Source: Tetramitus jugosus (Eukaryota; Protista; Heterolobosea). From it: a stretch of DNA of 64,000 bases. The notes beneath the pieces were generated by a model, which did no database searches, was not told where the DNA came from, and worked only from the letters and a program-made list of their open reading frames with translations. The position numbers and the translations under genes were made by a program. The DNA lies in NCBI GenBank assembly GCA_937625935.1, contig OW569346.1:186001-250000 (forward strand). Reading direction: 5' to 3'. Positions 1 to 9,924 of the stretch are shown piece after piece. Each line of letters begins with the position of its first letter. The first letter of the stretch is position 1.

Positions 1-7
1 TGAGAGC

Positions 8-1957
8 ATGACTAGTGTTAGTACTGAGAATATATCACTCGTTGAATCGAAGATATCACATGATTTGAAAGAAGTTATATCTCAAACAAAGCTCTATGAA
101 GAGAAAGAACAGGATGAGAAAGTGGTCATGTCGCAGCAAGAGATCGAAGACTGGTTGGAGCAAGATTTTGTTATCGACTTGAAAGAAACACCTACATTCT
201 TTTTGTTTGAACATTATGATGAAGCTGTCCCTGGACAAGCAGAGTATTTAGAGGAAGTACGAGAAAAGAACAAACAGTTCGAAGAGGCGATCAAAAGAAA
301 ACAAACGCAAAGAGAGCTGTTCACTAACAAGGAAGTACAAACTCTTAACAAATTCTACAAGAACAAATTCAGTTCAACAATCAAAACAGAGACAGAAGAT
401 GCAGAAGTTTTAGTTTCAGGATGGGAGATATTTGACGAATATGAGAAAATTAGAGAGATAGAGGAGAAACAAAGAGAAGAAAGAGAATCTATAATGATTT
501 CAAATCAGGGGACGAAAGAAGATGAAGAAGAAGAGGACACCGAACAATTGGGTGAAGAAGAGGAAAATGACAAGGATGATGTGTTAAGTGTTAAAAGCTT
601 TGCTTCTCAAAAGGGAATGTACTCTAATCCTGGAATTCGGGATTCGCTAACAACTCTGGAGCGAGCGGTTGCTCAGAACTTGTATCATGAACATCAACTA
701 CAGTACAAAGCACTCCATGACCGAAAGAAGGTCGAGTATGATTTAAATCCGAGAGTGATGGATAGGCAATGTAGTGAAGAGGAGGACGGCTATCAACCAG
801 AAGAGATAGGTGATTCCGACGAAGAAGTAGAAGAATCTAACATTCAGAGTAGAGAAGGAGAAGATGAATCAAGTTACTCATTACAAACGCTTTGGAACTT
901 TGAATGTGGTCTATCTGAAGGTCATAATGTGAATTGCATGTCCTGGAATCATTCGAACAGAGATATTTTGGCAGTAGGATATGGAAATGTGGGTGTTGGA
1001 GACGCTGAAGGAATGATTATGTGCTGGACTCTAAAGAATCCTACCTTCCCCGAAAGAATAATCAAGATCCCTGGCACTGGTATTACAGCAATTGACTTCT
1101 CTCGTCGAAATCCCAGTCTGTTGTCAGTGGGATACAATGATGGAGGTGTAGCAATTTTCGATATTCGAAAGAATGATCAACGGCCAGTACTGGAAGCCGG
1201 TAAAAACCATACGGGTACAGTATGGGATCTTCAGTGGATCGATCGAGGGAAAGATATTGGAGAGAGATTACATTCAGTTGGTAATGATGGCCGAGTCAAT
1301 AGTTGGTCTATCAAGAAAGGCTTGGAATGTCACGAAATAATGAGATTAAAGTCCTCTGGAAAATCAGAACAGGAAGGGGCAGTTATAGCTAGAGAATCAG
1401 GTGGAATGTGCATCGATTTCGATCGAAAGGACACAAAGTTATATCTTGTTGGTACTGAAGATGGACTGATAAAGAAGTGCTCGACATCTTACAATGAACA
1501 GTGTCTAGAAACTTATCAGGGTCACACCGGACCAGTGTATAGAGTCAGATGGAATCCATTCGATCCAAACACGTTTCTATCTTGCAGTGCTGACTGGACT
1601 ATTCGATTATGGAACCAAGAAAAGTATCACCCGCTGCTGACGATTGAATCATTTTCAGAAACCATGGAAAAGAGATCATCATGCATTACTGACATTGCAT
1701 GGTGCAACCAGATATCAACAATGTTTGCTTCAGTCTCTATTACAGGTGCGATAGATGTGTGGGACATGGCTTCATCTACTCTTAAACCAAAGTACACAAA
1801 GATGAGCTATGGAAGACAGCTGAACTCTGTTCTCTATGCTCTGGATTCACCAGTACTGCTCGTAGGAGACAATTTTGGAACAATTGAGGTTCTCAAACCA
1901 TCCGGCCTCTCAGAAGACGACTTTACACAAGATATATCCCAATGTGAATTTATCTAG
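8..1957 (+). CDS. DNAI4: WD40-repeat axonemal dynein intermediate chain (WDR78/DNAI4, IC138-like); may be incomplete at the 5' end
   Basis: 649-aa ORF with LERAVAQN helix, LWNFEC, LAVGYG, WTLKNPTFPER, YLVGTEDGLIKKCSTSYNEQ and FLSCSADWTIRLW, typical of the WDR78 WD repeats. Confidence 0.8.
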   Translation: MTSVSTENISLVESKISHDLKEVISQTKLYEEKEQDEKVVMSQQEIEDWLEQDFVIDLKETPTFFLFEHYDEAVPGQAEYLEEVREKNKQFEEAIKRKQTQRELFTNKEVQTLNKFYKNKFSSTIKTETEDAEVLVSGWEIFDEYEKIREIEEKQREERESIMISNQGTKEDEEEEDTEQLGEEEENDKDDVLSVKSFASQKGMYSNPGIRDSLTTLERAVAQNLYHEHQLQYKALHDRKKVEYDLNPRVMDRQCSEEEDGYQPEEIGDSDEEVEESNIQSREGEDESSYSLQTLWNFECGLSEGHNVNCMSWNHSNRDILAVGYGNVGVGDAEGMIMCWTLKNPTFPERIIKIPGTGITAIDFSRRNPSLLSVGYNDGGVAIFDIRKNDQRPVLEAGKNHTGTVWDLQWIDRGKDIGERLHSVGNDGRVNSWSIKKGLECHEIMRLKSSGKSEQEGAVIARESGGMCIDFDRKDTKLYLVGTEDGLIKKCSTSYNEQCLETYQGHTGPVYRVRWNPFDPNTFLSCSADWTIRLWNQEKYHPLLTIESFSETMEKRSSCITDIAWCNQISTMFASVSITGAIDVWDMASSTLKPKYTKMSYGRQLNSVLYALDSPVLLVGDNFGTIEVLKPSGLSEDDFTQDISQCEFI

Positions 1958-2334
1958 ATAAAAGTCAGTCACCAGATAAAATGATGATGACTTTTGAGCT
2001 TTGACAACGAGGAATGACTTTTAAATTTTGACAACAAGGAAAATCTCCTCGCACAAATCTCGCAAAACGTCGCCAAATCACACCCACCTCGAATTTGACA
2101 CAAAAACAAATCAGCAACACAACAACCACAAATCTGTCTTGAATGTGTATTATTTGTGTGTGGTGTTCATGATAACAGCAGAAGAAATATCAAAAATTTT
2201 CAACAACAATAACAACAATAATAATCAAAACGCAGCCATATCAATCAAACAAACAGACAAACAGCATCAACAACAACAATCAACAATCAACCACACACAC
2301 ACAAAAAAATCCATCCATTATTTGCGACCGATAA

Positions 2335-5149
2335 ATGGCCAACAACAACAACAACCATACAATGAGTGGTGCCAACAGCGGCAATAGCAGTAGCACCTCC
2401 ACTAGCAACAACAGATATCCAAGTAATGCAGATGCATATGAACTGGTGGAAGAGATTGGAATGGGTACTCACACGAGTGTGTTTAGAGCCTATTGTCGAT
2501 CCATGGGTCAATTTGTCGCCGTGAAAATCATTGACCTAGAACAGTATCCGAACATTTTGGATGATTTATATGTAAGTCTCTCTCTCAACACACATACACA
2601 TATACATACACACATACGGGGCACTTTTTTTTTTCAGCTCAAAAAAATTGACCCTTGGTGTTTTTTTTCTGTTTGTTTGTCATCATTCATTCATTCATGA
2701 TCCCGATGTGCACACTGACAATTGTTATTCTAACACCATAACCAATCAATCAATCAAACAATAGAATGAAATTCAAGTCATGAAAACATCGAGTCATCCA
2801 AACATTGTCGCCTATTTGACATCGTTTGTGCACGAGGCAGAACTGTTTGTGGTCATGGAGTTGATGGAAGGTGGTTCCATCTCTGACATTATGCGATACA
2901 AGTTCCCTGATGGCCTGGGCAACAATGAAGAATTGATTGCCACCATTCTGAAACAAGTACTACTCGGTATCAACTACTTTCACAAGAATGGTCAAATTCA
3001 CAGAGATATCAAAGCCGGTAACATTCTCGTCTCCAGTGAAGGCCACATTCGGATCGGAGATTTCGGAGTATCTGCTCATTTGATTGAGTCGGGTGATCGA
3101 AAGAAGGCGAGACAGACGTTTGTGGGAACGCCGTGTTGGATGGCACCCGAGGTCATGGAACAGTTGCACGGTTATGACTATAAGGCTGATATTTGGTCGT
3201 TTGGAATTACGGCAATGGAGTTGGCGAATGGTGCGGCTCCTCTGGCCGACTGTGAACCGATCAAGGTCATGTATTTGACACTGGAGAGACCACCGCCACG
3301 ATTAGAAGACAATGCCCATGTCAAATTCTCCAAATTGTTCAAGGAGATGGTGGAGCAGTGCTTGCAGAGAGATCCAAAATTGAGACCTGACAGTGCCACA
3401 CTGCTCAAGCACAAGTTTTTTGCAAAGGTCAAATCCGATCCTCAGTTTATACTGGATCATTTGATTACTGGTGTGCCATCACTCGGTGATCGCATACGGC
3501 ACTACAAGGAACAATTGGCCGAGTATGATCGACAAGTGATGCTGTATCAGCAGGAACAAGCAGCTGCAGCATTGGAATCATCGCATCACGGTTACAGCAA
3601 TGGTGGATCATTTGCAACGAACAATGGTGGTGGTGGCGGTGGTAGTAGTAGTGGACAATCGACACCTACTCACAAGTCCACTCAAAAACAACAATCACCA
3701 GATAACAACAGTTCTGGAAAGAAGAAGCGAACAGATCAGGATCCATTCTCTCCAGACGGTGTTCAACAATTTACGTTCGACGATGATTTGAATGGTGGTG
3801 GTGGTGGTGAGAGTGAAGGTGACTCACTCAATCAACAACAAGCACAGCAGCAGCAACAACAAGAGGGAGAGTTGATTGATATGGAGAGTACACCGAGTCA
3901 TGATGATGGAAAACCTTCGAGTGGTTGGGACTGGGAAGAAAAGTTGAATATTACAAAGGATACGACACAGTTGCAAGAAGCATCCTCTCCCCAACAACAA
4001 CAACAACAAAACAATCAACCGAATAGGGACAATAGTGCGCTATCTCCACCACCAAAGTCACGAGATATTACATTTGAAACTTCATCATCCGCAACGACCA
4101 CACCTGACAAAATGACCATTACTACGCAACAGGCATCCACCAACGAAGGCAACAATAGTGCGCAGAATAGCCCAATTGGAGTTAATTCTCCACAATCCGT
4201 GCAACACACTACTGCAATGAATGGCCAGGCCACTACTGGTAATAGTGTGAGTAGAACCATTAGTCGAACAGGATCGAGACCAATTGTGATCACTGATGTA
4301 GATACCATGCCTCACTCAGTTTCGTCCAGCAGCCAAGAAAGCTCACCTTCATCCTCTCGTAGCTACGAAATACCAAAGGGTCACTTTATGGCAGCTGCCA
4401 ACTCACGTGCAAGATCGCCTTCTTCACCCACGAGACACTTTCTCACTCAGCAGCAAATGCAATTACATCAACAACAGCAGCAACAGGATGCCTCCAATCT
4501 CGCTTCGGATTCTGCGACGACAAGCAGCAAAATTGGAAGATTTGAAGTTGGTTTCATACCAAAGGAAAGATCGACACTGTCCAACACTGTCACGCCAGTC
4601 ACCAGTCCTACTCTGGAATCTGCTGGTCAACCAGAAAAATTTGCTCATGGCAATACCACTACCGAGAGAACAGACTTTGAAGTGACCTCAAAGGGTAGAA
4701 CGATCGAAATCACCAACTATGCATCGACGAAAACATCGGGCCAGACAACGAGTGTGAATACACCTGTGGGAAATGGCACAACCATTGGAGGTAGCACGCA
4801 ACAACAACTTCCTCCCACCAATGTAGATGAAAAAATACGCAACAAGCTTACTCAACCCAAAACAGAGCCTACGCTTCTCACTCTGCAAGCTCAAATCAAC
4901 CAGTTGAACCAATCAAGCGCCCAGCAATTGCGTCTGCTCAATGCTATTTTACAGTCAGCCGAGAAATCAAACAACATGGCAGTCCTGGCCAAACACAGGG
5001 AAACATCAGAGCTGCCTTCCTTGGTTCTCCAACTAGAATCACAAATTAGAGATCTTCTCGATGAGAATACACGAGTGAAGAAGGAAAACGAAGTGCTCAG
5101 AATGGAGATTGAAATACTCAGGAAGGAGCCAATGCACAATTCTCAATAA
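2335..5149 (+). CDS. STE20-family Ser/Thr kinase (Fray/OSR1/SPAK-like) with low-complexity linker and C-terminal coiled coil; exons 2335-2571, 2765-5149
   Basis: Exon 1 has YELVEEIGMG...VAVKIIDLE; intron 2572-2764 (GTAAGT...TTCTAAC...TAG) joins DDLY|NEIQVMK in frame; HRDIKAGN, DFG, TFVGTPCWMAPEV. Confidence 0.88.
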
Positions 5150-5341
5150 AAAATGTAAAAGTATTTAAGTTATGGAAATTATGGCTTCTTCCTTTAAAGA
5201 AGTTTGCATCAAATTGATCTCATCGAGAGAGAGGAAAAAAATTCGTTCACAATCAATTTCTAAAATTTATTCATATTGAGAGCACCACCGAAATGTTTCC
5301 CTCAAAATCGAACAAATGCATTGCTCATAGGATTAAATCAT

Positions 5342-5515
5342 TTATCGGAACTTGGTGAATCCAATCTCACCGGCGTTTTCTCTGAAGCATTGTCTGCAGA
5401 TATAGAGACCGTACTTTCTGATCAAACCGTGTTGGTTAGCGCAAACTCTGCAAGCTCTGGAGCCAGGTCCGAACTTCTTTGGATGTGAATACCAGATATC
5501 CTTGTGTCCTCCCAT
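5342..5515 (-). CDS. RPS29: 40S ribosomal protein S29 (uS14)
   Basis: Manual translation [57 protein letters not shown] (57 aa, below the ORF-track cutoff); CxxC...CRQC zinc finger. Confidence 0.97.
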   Translation of the reverse strand: MGGHKDIWYSHPKKFGPGSRACRVCANQHGLIRKYGLYICRQCFRENAGEIGFTKFR

Positions 5516-5740
5516 TATGACTTATGTGACGTATGTGTGTTTTGACTTTGTTTTTTTGTTGTTTGTTTCTCAAACTTTTGCTTGGGTTGACAATTCACCC
5601 TGGTTGACTTCATTCAAGTCGATGAAGTATCAACGAATATGTCGGAAATCAAATCTTGACCTGAAAAAGATTACATTTCCCCTCGCTTGGTTGTTGATCT
5701 GAACAACAGCAAGAACACAACAAAAAAGCCCAAGAGAACA

Positions 5741-7330
5741 ATGTTCAACAGCAATAACTCCAAGATAATATCAACAACCACCATTTTGTTGTTGGTATTG
5801 CTCTCACTGCACGCGTTGTGTCAATGTGCATTCGACAATGTGAAACCAGAGGACATCCAAATCCAACAACAAGTTGTTGGATCATCCATCCTGCTCAAGA
5901 ATGGCATTGTTGTCAATTCAGATCAGAGTTTTGCAGCTGATGTTCTGATTGAGAATGATGTCATCACTCGTGTCAGCAAGACACCCATTACCAATGCTCC
6001 ACTCAATGCTCAGATTATTGACGTGAACGGAAAGTATCTCATGCCTGGTGGTATCGACACTCATGTACACTTGGAGTTGCCGTTCATGGGAACAGTGTCA
6101 AAGGATGATTTTGAGACTGGTACCAAGGCTGCATTGGCTGGTGGAACGACCATGGTGATGGATTTTGCCATTCCTGCACCCAATGGAGATCACGTTGCCG
6201 TGTTTGAGGAATATAAGGGAAAGGCTGCTGCAAAGGCCACTTGTGATTATGCCTTCCATGTCGGTATTACTCACTATAGTGACAAGGTGAAGAAGGAAAT
6301 GGAACATTTGGCCCATATGGGTGTGAATAGCTTCAAGTTCTTCATGGCATACAAGGGAGCATTCATGCTTGAAGATCAACCATTGTTCGAGGCTATGAAG
6401 GCTGCTCGTGAAGTAGGTGCCATTTCCATGGTTCATGCAGAGAATGGAGAGATGGTTGTCAAGGGACAACAAGCGATGCTCGAGAAGGGCATTACTGGAC
6501 CAGAGGGACATCCGTTGAGTAGACCTCCTGCCATTGAGGCTGAGGCCGTTCATAGAGCATCAGTTCTTGCCAATAGTGCAGGCGCTCCACTCTACATTGT
6601 TCATGTGACAAGCAAGGAGGCAATGGAAGAAGTGAGAAGAGCAAAGGAGAAGGGTTACAGAATTGTAGGAGAGCCAATTAGTCCTGGATTGGTGCTTGAT
6701 GAGTCTAATTATTGGAGTAAGGACTGGTTACATGCTGCCCAACATGTCATGTCTCCTCCATTGAGATCCAAGCAGGATCAAAAGGCATTGATTCATGGAT
6801 TGAAGAGCAAGGTGTTGGACCTGATTGGAACTGATCATTGCTCGTTCGATATTAAGCAAAAGAAGATGGGACTCAATGATTTCACCAAAATTCCAAACGG
6901 ATTACCAGTCATTGAACATCGTATGATTACATCATATGATAGGTTGGTCAGTTCTGGTGAAGTCAGCGTGAATGATTTTGTTCGATTAACATCGACAGAG
7001 GCTGCCCAAATCTTTAACATTTATCCAAGAAAAGGTGTGATTGCCGAGGGAAGCGATGCAGACATTATTATTCTCAATCCAAACGCTACCACGACCATCA
7101 GTGCCAAGACTCATCACCACAATGTTGAATACAGTGTCTATGAAGGTCAGACATTTAATGGAAAGATTGAAACAACAATCTCTGCTGGAAGGATCGTGTT
7201 CCATGATGGTAAGCTGAATGTGAAGAAGGGGTCAGGAAGATTTGTTCCAACACCACCATTCGGAAAGATGTTCAACGGATTGGAGAAGGAGCTGACAGCC
7301 AAGCGCCCAGTCGCTGTCACAAGAAAATAG
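5741..7330 (+). CDS. DPYS: Dihydropyrimidinase / D-hydantoinase with N-terminal signal peptide
   Basis: PGGIDTHVH, GTKAALAGGTT, GVNSFKFFMAYK, VHAENG, GITGPEGH, MSPPLR, GTDHC, FTKIPNG; first ATG at 5741. Confidence 0.93.
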   Translation: MFNSNNSKIISTTTILLLVLLSLHALCQCAFDNVKPEDIQIQQQVVGSSILLKNGIVVNSDQSFAADVLIENDVITRVSKTPITNAPLNAQIIDVNGKYLMPGGIDTHVHLELPFMGTVSKDDFETGTKAALAGGTTMVMDFAIPAPNGDHVAVFEEYKGKAAAKATCDYAFHVGITHYSDKVKKEMEHLAHMGVNSFKFFMAYKGAFMLEDQPLFEAMKAAREVGAISMVHAENGEMVVKGQQAMLEKGITGPEGHPLSRPPAIEAEAVHRASVLANSAGAPLYIVHVTSKEAMEEVRRAKEKGYRIVGEPISPGLVLDESNYWSKDWLHAAQHVMSPPLRSKQDQKALIHGLKSKVLDLIGTDHCSFDIKQKKMGLNDFTKIPNGLPVIEHRMITSYDRLVSSGEVSVNDFVRLTSTEAAQIFNIYPRKGVIAEGSDADIIILNPNATTTISAKTHHHNVEYSVYEGQTFNGKIETTISAGRIVFHDGKLNVKKGSGRFVPTPPFGKMFNGLEKELTAKRPVAVTRK

Positions 7331-7363
7331 ACAACGTTTCAATACACTAAAAGTGGTTAAAAA

Positions 7364-8250
7364 TTTTTTTTTTTTTTTTTTTTTAATACAACCATATCGG
7401 TTGCTCACTTTATTGTCTGTTATATTCATTAGCCATCGCTCGCAGAGCGGTGGCTCTTGGTCACCATTTTGATTCCCCAATGACGCTCGGAGAGCGTCAT
7501 TGCTGTTGTTTCTCTTTCGTTGTAGTGAATAGGTGGAGGAGAGTCGTGAGACATCTCCGTTTCACACTATTCACGTAAGTTTTAGCTATCTTATCTGCTG
7601 TTGCTGTCTTTACTCCATTTGCTATCAGACCTTCCGCGATGTCGCTGACGGCCTCTGTCTCAACACCCATCATTCCCATCAGGAACTCCCGGCTCGTTCT
7701 TCTCAACGGTCTCCTGACCACTTCTCCGCCTACTATCCTCACATTGTCGAACCATATATTGATACAGCTGGTATCAGCAACCCCCATCTTGATAATTTCT
7801 GCTGCCACCGTCATCGCGAGGCATCTTCTGGCACGGACCGCTCTAGGGCACCGAATTAGACAGTGGAGCACACTTTCGGGCTCCTGACTGCACCACACAC
7901 ATTTGGTGGGATCGTTGTCTGAGTTGTAGAGGACTCTTACAACTTCTGCGGTATGGAGCGTCCCACTGAGGACTTGCATCTGAAACCACACAAGCTGCCT
8001 GTCTATACTGTGGGGATTTTTGAGGAAGCTGAAGTCCGCTTCACTTCTACTAACGGCCTTTTGTAACCACCACCTCTCACATTCTTCCACTCTTCTGTTC
8101 CTTTCCTGGTCAAATAGTGACTGCAGATGCTTCCTGTTTTCTACGTGAAACATCCCTTTGTAGAGTGCGGGTTCTTTTTCTACCCTATTGATTAGCTGGG
8201 AACACATGCATTCCTTCATTTGGCCAATCATTATATTCAACACTTGGTGG
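7364..8250 (-). mobile_element. 5'-truncated non-LTR (LINE-like) retrotransposon copy
   Basis: 21-nt poly(A) tail (T run 7364-7384), AATAAA (TTTATT 7409-7414 on +), ORF remnant with RT C-terminal zinc knuckle CVWC-x8-H-x4-C, flanked by identical TAAAAGTGGTTAAAAA at 7348-7363 and 8251-8266. Confidence 0.9.
7497..8250 (-). pseudogene. C-terminal fragment of retroelement ORF2 (zf-RVT-like region), no start codon, RT core absent
   Basis: Open frame running into the 5' junction; KCVWCSQEPESVLHCLIRCPRA motif. Confidence 0.75.
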
Positions 8251-8337
8251 TAAAAGTGGTTAAAAAAAAAAAAAAGGAAAAAAAAAAAAAAAAAAAAAAA
8301 GCTTCGGAGAAATATTCGGCCGAAAAAGAAACAACAA

Positions 8338-8410
8338 GCCGTCGTAGCTCAGCTGGAAGAGCACTGGACTTCTAATCCAGTGGTCGCGGGTTCGAGTCCC
8401 GTCGTCGGTA
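8338..8410 (+). tRNA. tRNA-Arg (anticodon TCT), intronless
   Basis: Cloverleaf: A box TAGCTCAGCTGG, anticodon arm CTGGA-CT TCT AA-TCCAG, B box GGTTCGAGTCC, acceptor GCCGTCG/CGTCGGT with one mismatch; followed by TTTT. Confidence 0.95.
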
Positions 8411-8538
8411 CTTTTGCTGTTTTTACCAGGTTTGCTCTATTCTTGTTGCTATTGTATTTTGGTCTGGTTGACTTTATAAACTAAAACCTTCGGCAGCGAA
8501 AAACAACTCTAAATCAAAGAACATACCAACAACAAGAA

Positions 8539-9906
8539 ATGGTCGAGAAAGATAAAATTATTGACGTGGAACACCAATGTCACCATCATCACATCAAGCA
8601 ACAACTCCAAGAAGGAGTAGAAGATTTTCAACCAGTGATTACAGCTAATCCCAAGATGGTGAACAGAGCACTGCCTGATGTGCCTCATCACGGTGCATCA
8701 GAGCAACACGAAGAACAGAAGAAACTGATCAGTGGAGAGAAACAAGTCGAGGAGCCATCGTGGAACCACATTCCCCTGTCCATGGAAGCCGTTGTCGTGA
8801 ACGACGTGAACAAGGAAGAGCCATGGGAATCATTACTCATAGTCCAGCAATACCCCACTCCCACACAGTTTCACGTTCAGGACGATGAGGTGCTGGTCAA
8901 GATGCATGCCGCATCCGTGAATCCCATTGATTTCAAGTTGAATCAAATGGAGATTACGCAGAGATTGATACCGTTTGTTGGTGGAAAGGACGGTGCAGGT
9001 GAAATTGTGTACATGGGAGACACTGCCAAGAAGGAGCTGCAGGGCAGGTTGACATTGGGTGATCATGTGTTGGGAGTCACATCTCACAGCAAGTATGGCA
9101 CCTATGCGGAATATGCCGTGTTTCACTACTCGAACCTCGCCAAGAAACCGCAATCCTTAACTTGGGAACAAGCAGGTGCTCTACCATTGGCTGTATTGAC
9201 CATTTGGCAATGTTTCTCAAAGGTGCCACTCCAAGTGAAGAATCCTGTACAGAGAAAACGACCACTGCGCGTGTTGATTCATGGAGCCTCTGGTGGCACC
9301 GGATCCATTGCTGTACTGCTAGCCAAGCATTATTTTGACGCAGATTGTGTCTATGCGACTTGTTCAGAGAAGAATGCATCGTATGTCAAGAATCTGGGTG
9401 CGGATCGAGTGATTGACTACGAGAAGGAGATGTTTGAGCAAGTGATACAGAGAGATTATTGGAATGAGCAGTCGAGTCGACCTCAACCCATTTCTGAGTC
9501 GGACAAGGAGGCATTCAAAGGTTATGTGAATGTCATCATTGATACTGTTGGAGGATACGATTTGTGGAAGAGAAGTTGCGACATTCTGGATCACGAGTCC
9601 TACTTTTGTAGCATTGCTGCACCTCATGAATTGGAGGAGCATACTTCGGTCATGGAGCTCTTGAAATTTGGAGGAACCATTGTCATGGAAAAGTTGAAAC
9701 ATTGGACCACTGATCATCCAAACTTCTATTGGGTGTTGATGGATAATGATGAAAAAGCGTTGGAACACTTGGCAGAATTCTTGGCCAACAAGATGGACAA
9801 GGTGAACATAACTACTTTTGACTTACTCGAAGCCAAGAAGGCACAGGAAATGTCCTACAACCATCATGCTGTGGGAAAAATTGTATTGAAAATTGGAAGA
9901 GAATAA
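8539..9906 (+). CDS. NADP-dependent MDR-family oxidoreductase (RTN4IP1/quinone reductase-like)
   Basis: EVLVKMHAASVNPIDFK, GKDGAG, GTYAEY, VLIHGASGGTG, LGADRVIDY, GKIVL. Confidence 0.88.
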   Translation: MVEKDKIIDVEHQCHHHHIKQQLQEGVEDFQPVITANPKMVNRALPDVPHHGASEQHEEQKKLISGEKQVEEPSWNHIPLSMEAVVVNDVNKEEPWESLLIVQQYPTPTQFHVQDDEVLVKMHAASVNPIDFKLNQMEITQRLIPFVGGKDGAGEIVYMGDTAKKELQGRLTLGDHVLGVTSHSKYGTYAEYAVFHYSNLAKKPQSLTWEQAGALPLAVLTIWQCFSKVPLQVKNPVQRKRPLRVLIHGASGGTGSIAVLLAKHYFDADCVYATCSEKNASYVKNLGADRVIDYEKEMFEQVIQRDYWNEQSSRPQPISESDKEAFKGYVNVIIDTVGGYDLWKRSCDILDHESYFCSIAAPHELEEHTSVMELLKFGGTIVMEKLKHWTTDHPNFYWVLMDNDEKALEHLAEFLANKMDKVNITTFDLLEAKKAQEMSYNHHAVGKIVLKIGRE

Positions 9907-9924
9907 TAATAAAAAGATGATCAT

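Larger units (their letters stand above)
7348..8266. repeat. 16-bp target-site duplication (copies at 7348-7363 and 8251-8266)
   Basis: Exact direct repeat TAAAAGTGGTTAAAAA bracketing the element. Confidence 0.9.

Noticed and set aside
2028-2387. 119-aa ORF upstream of the STE20 kinase
   Set aside because: Non-ATG start, CAA-rich 5' UTR sequence, overlaps the real first exon out of frame.
5276-5488. 70-aa plus-strand ORF
   Set aside because: Antisense shadow of RPS29.
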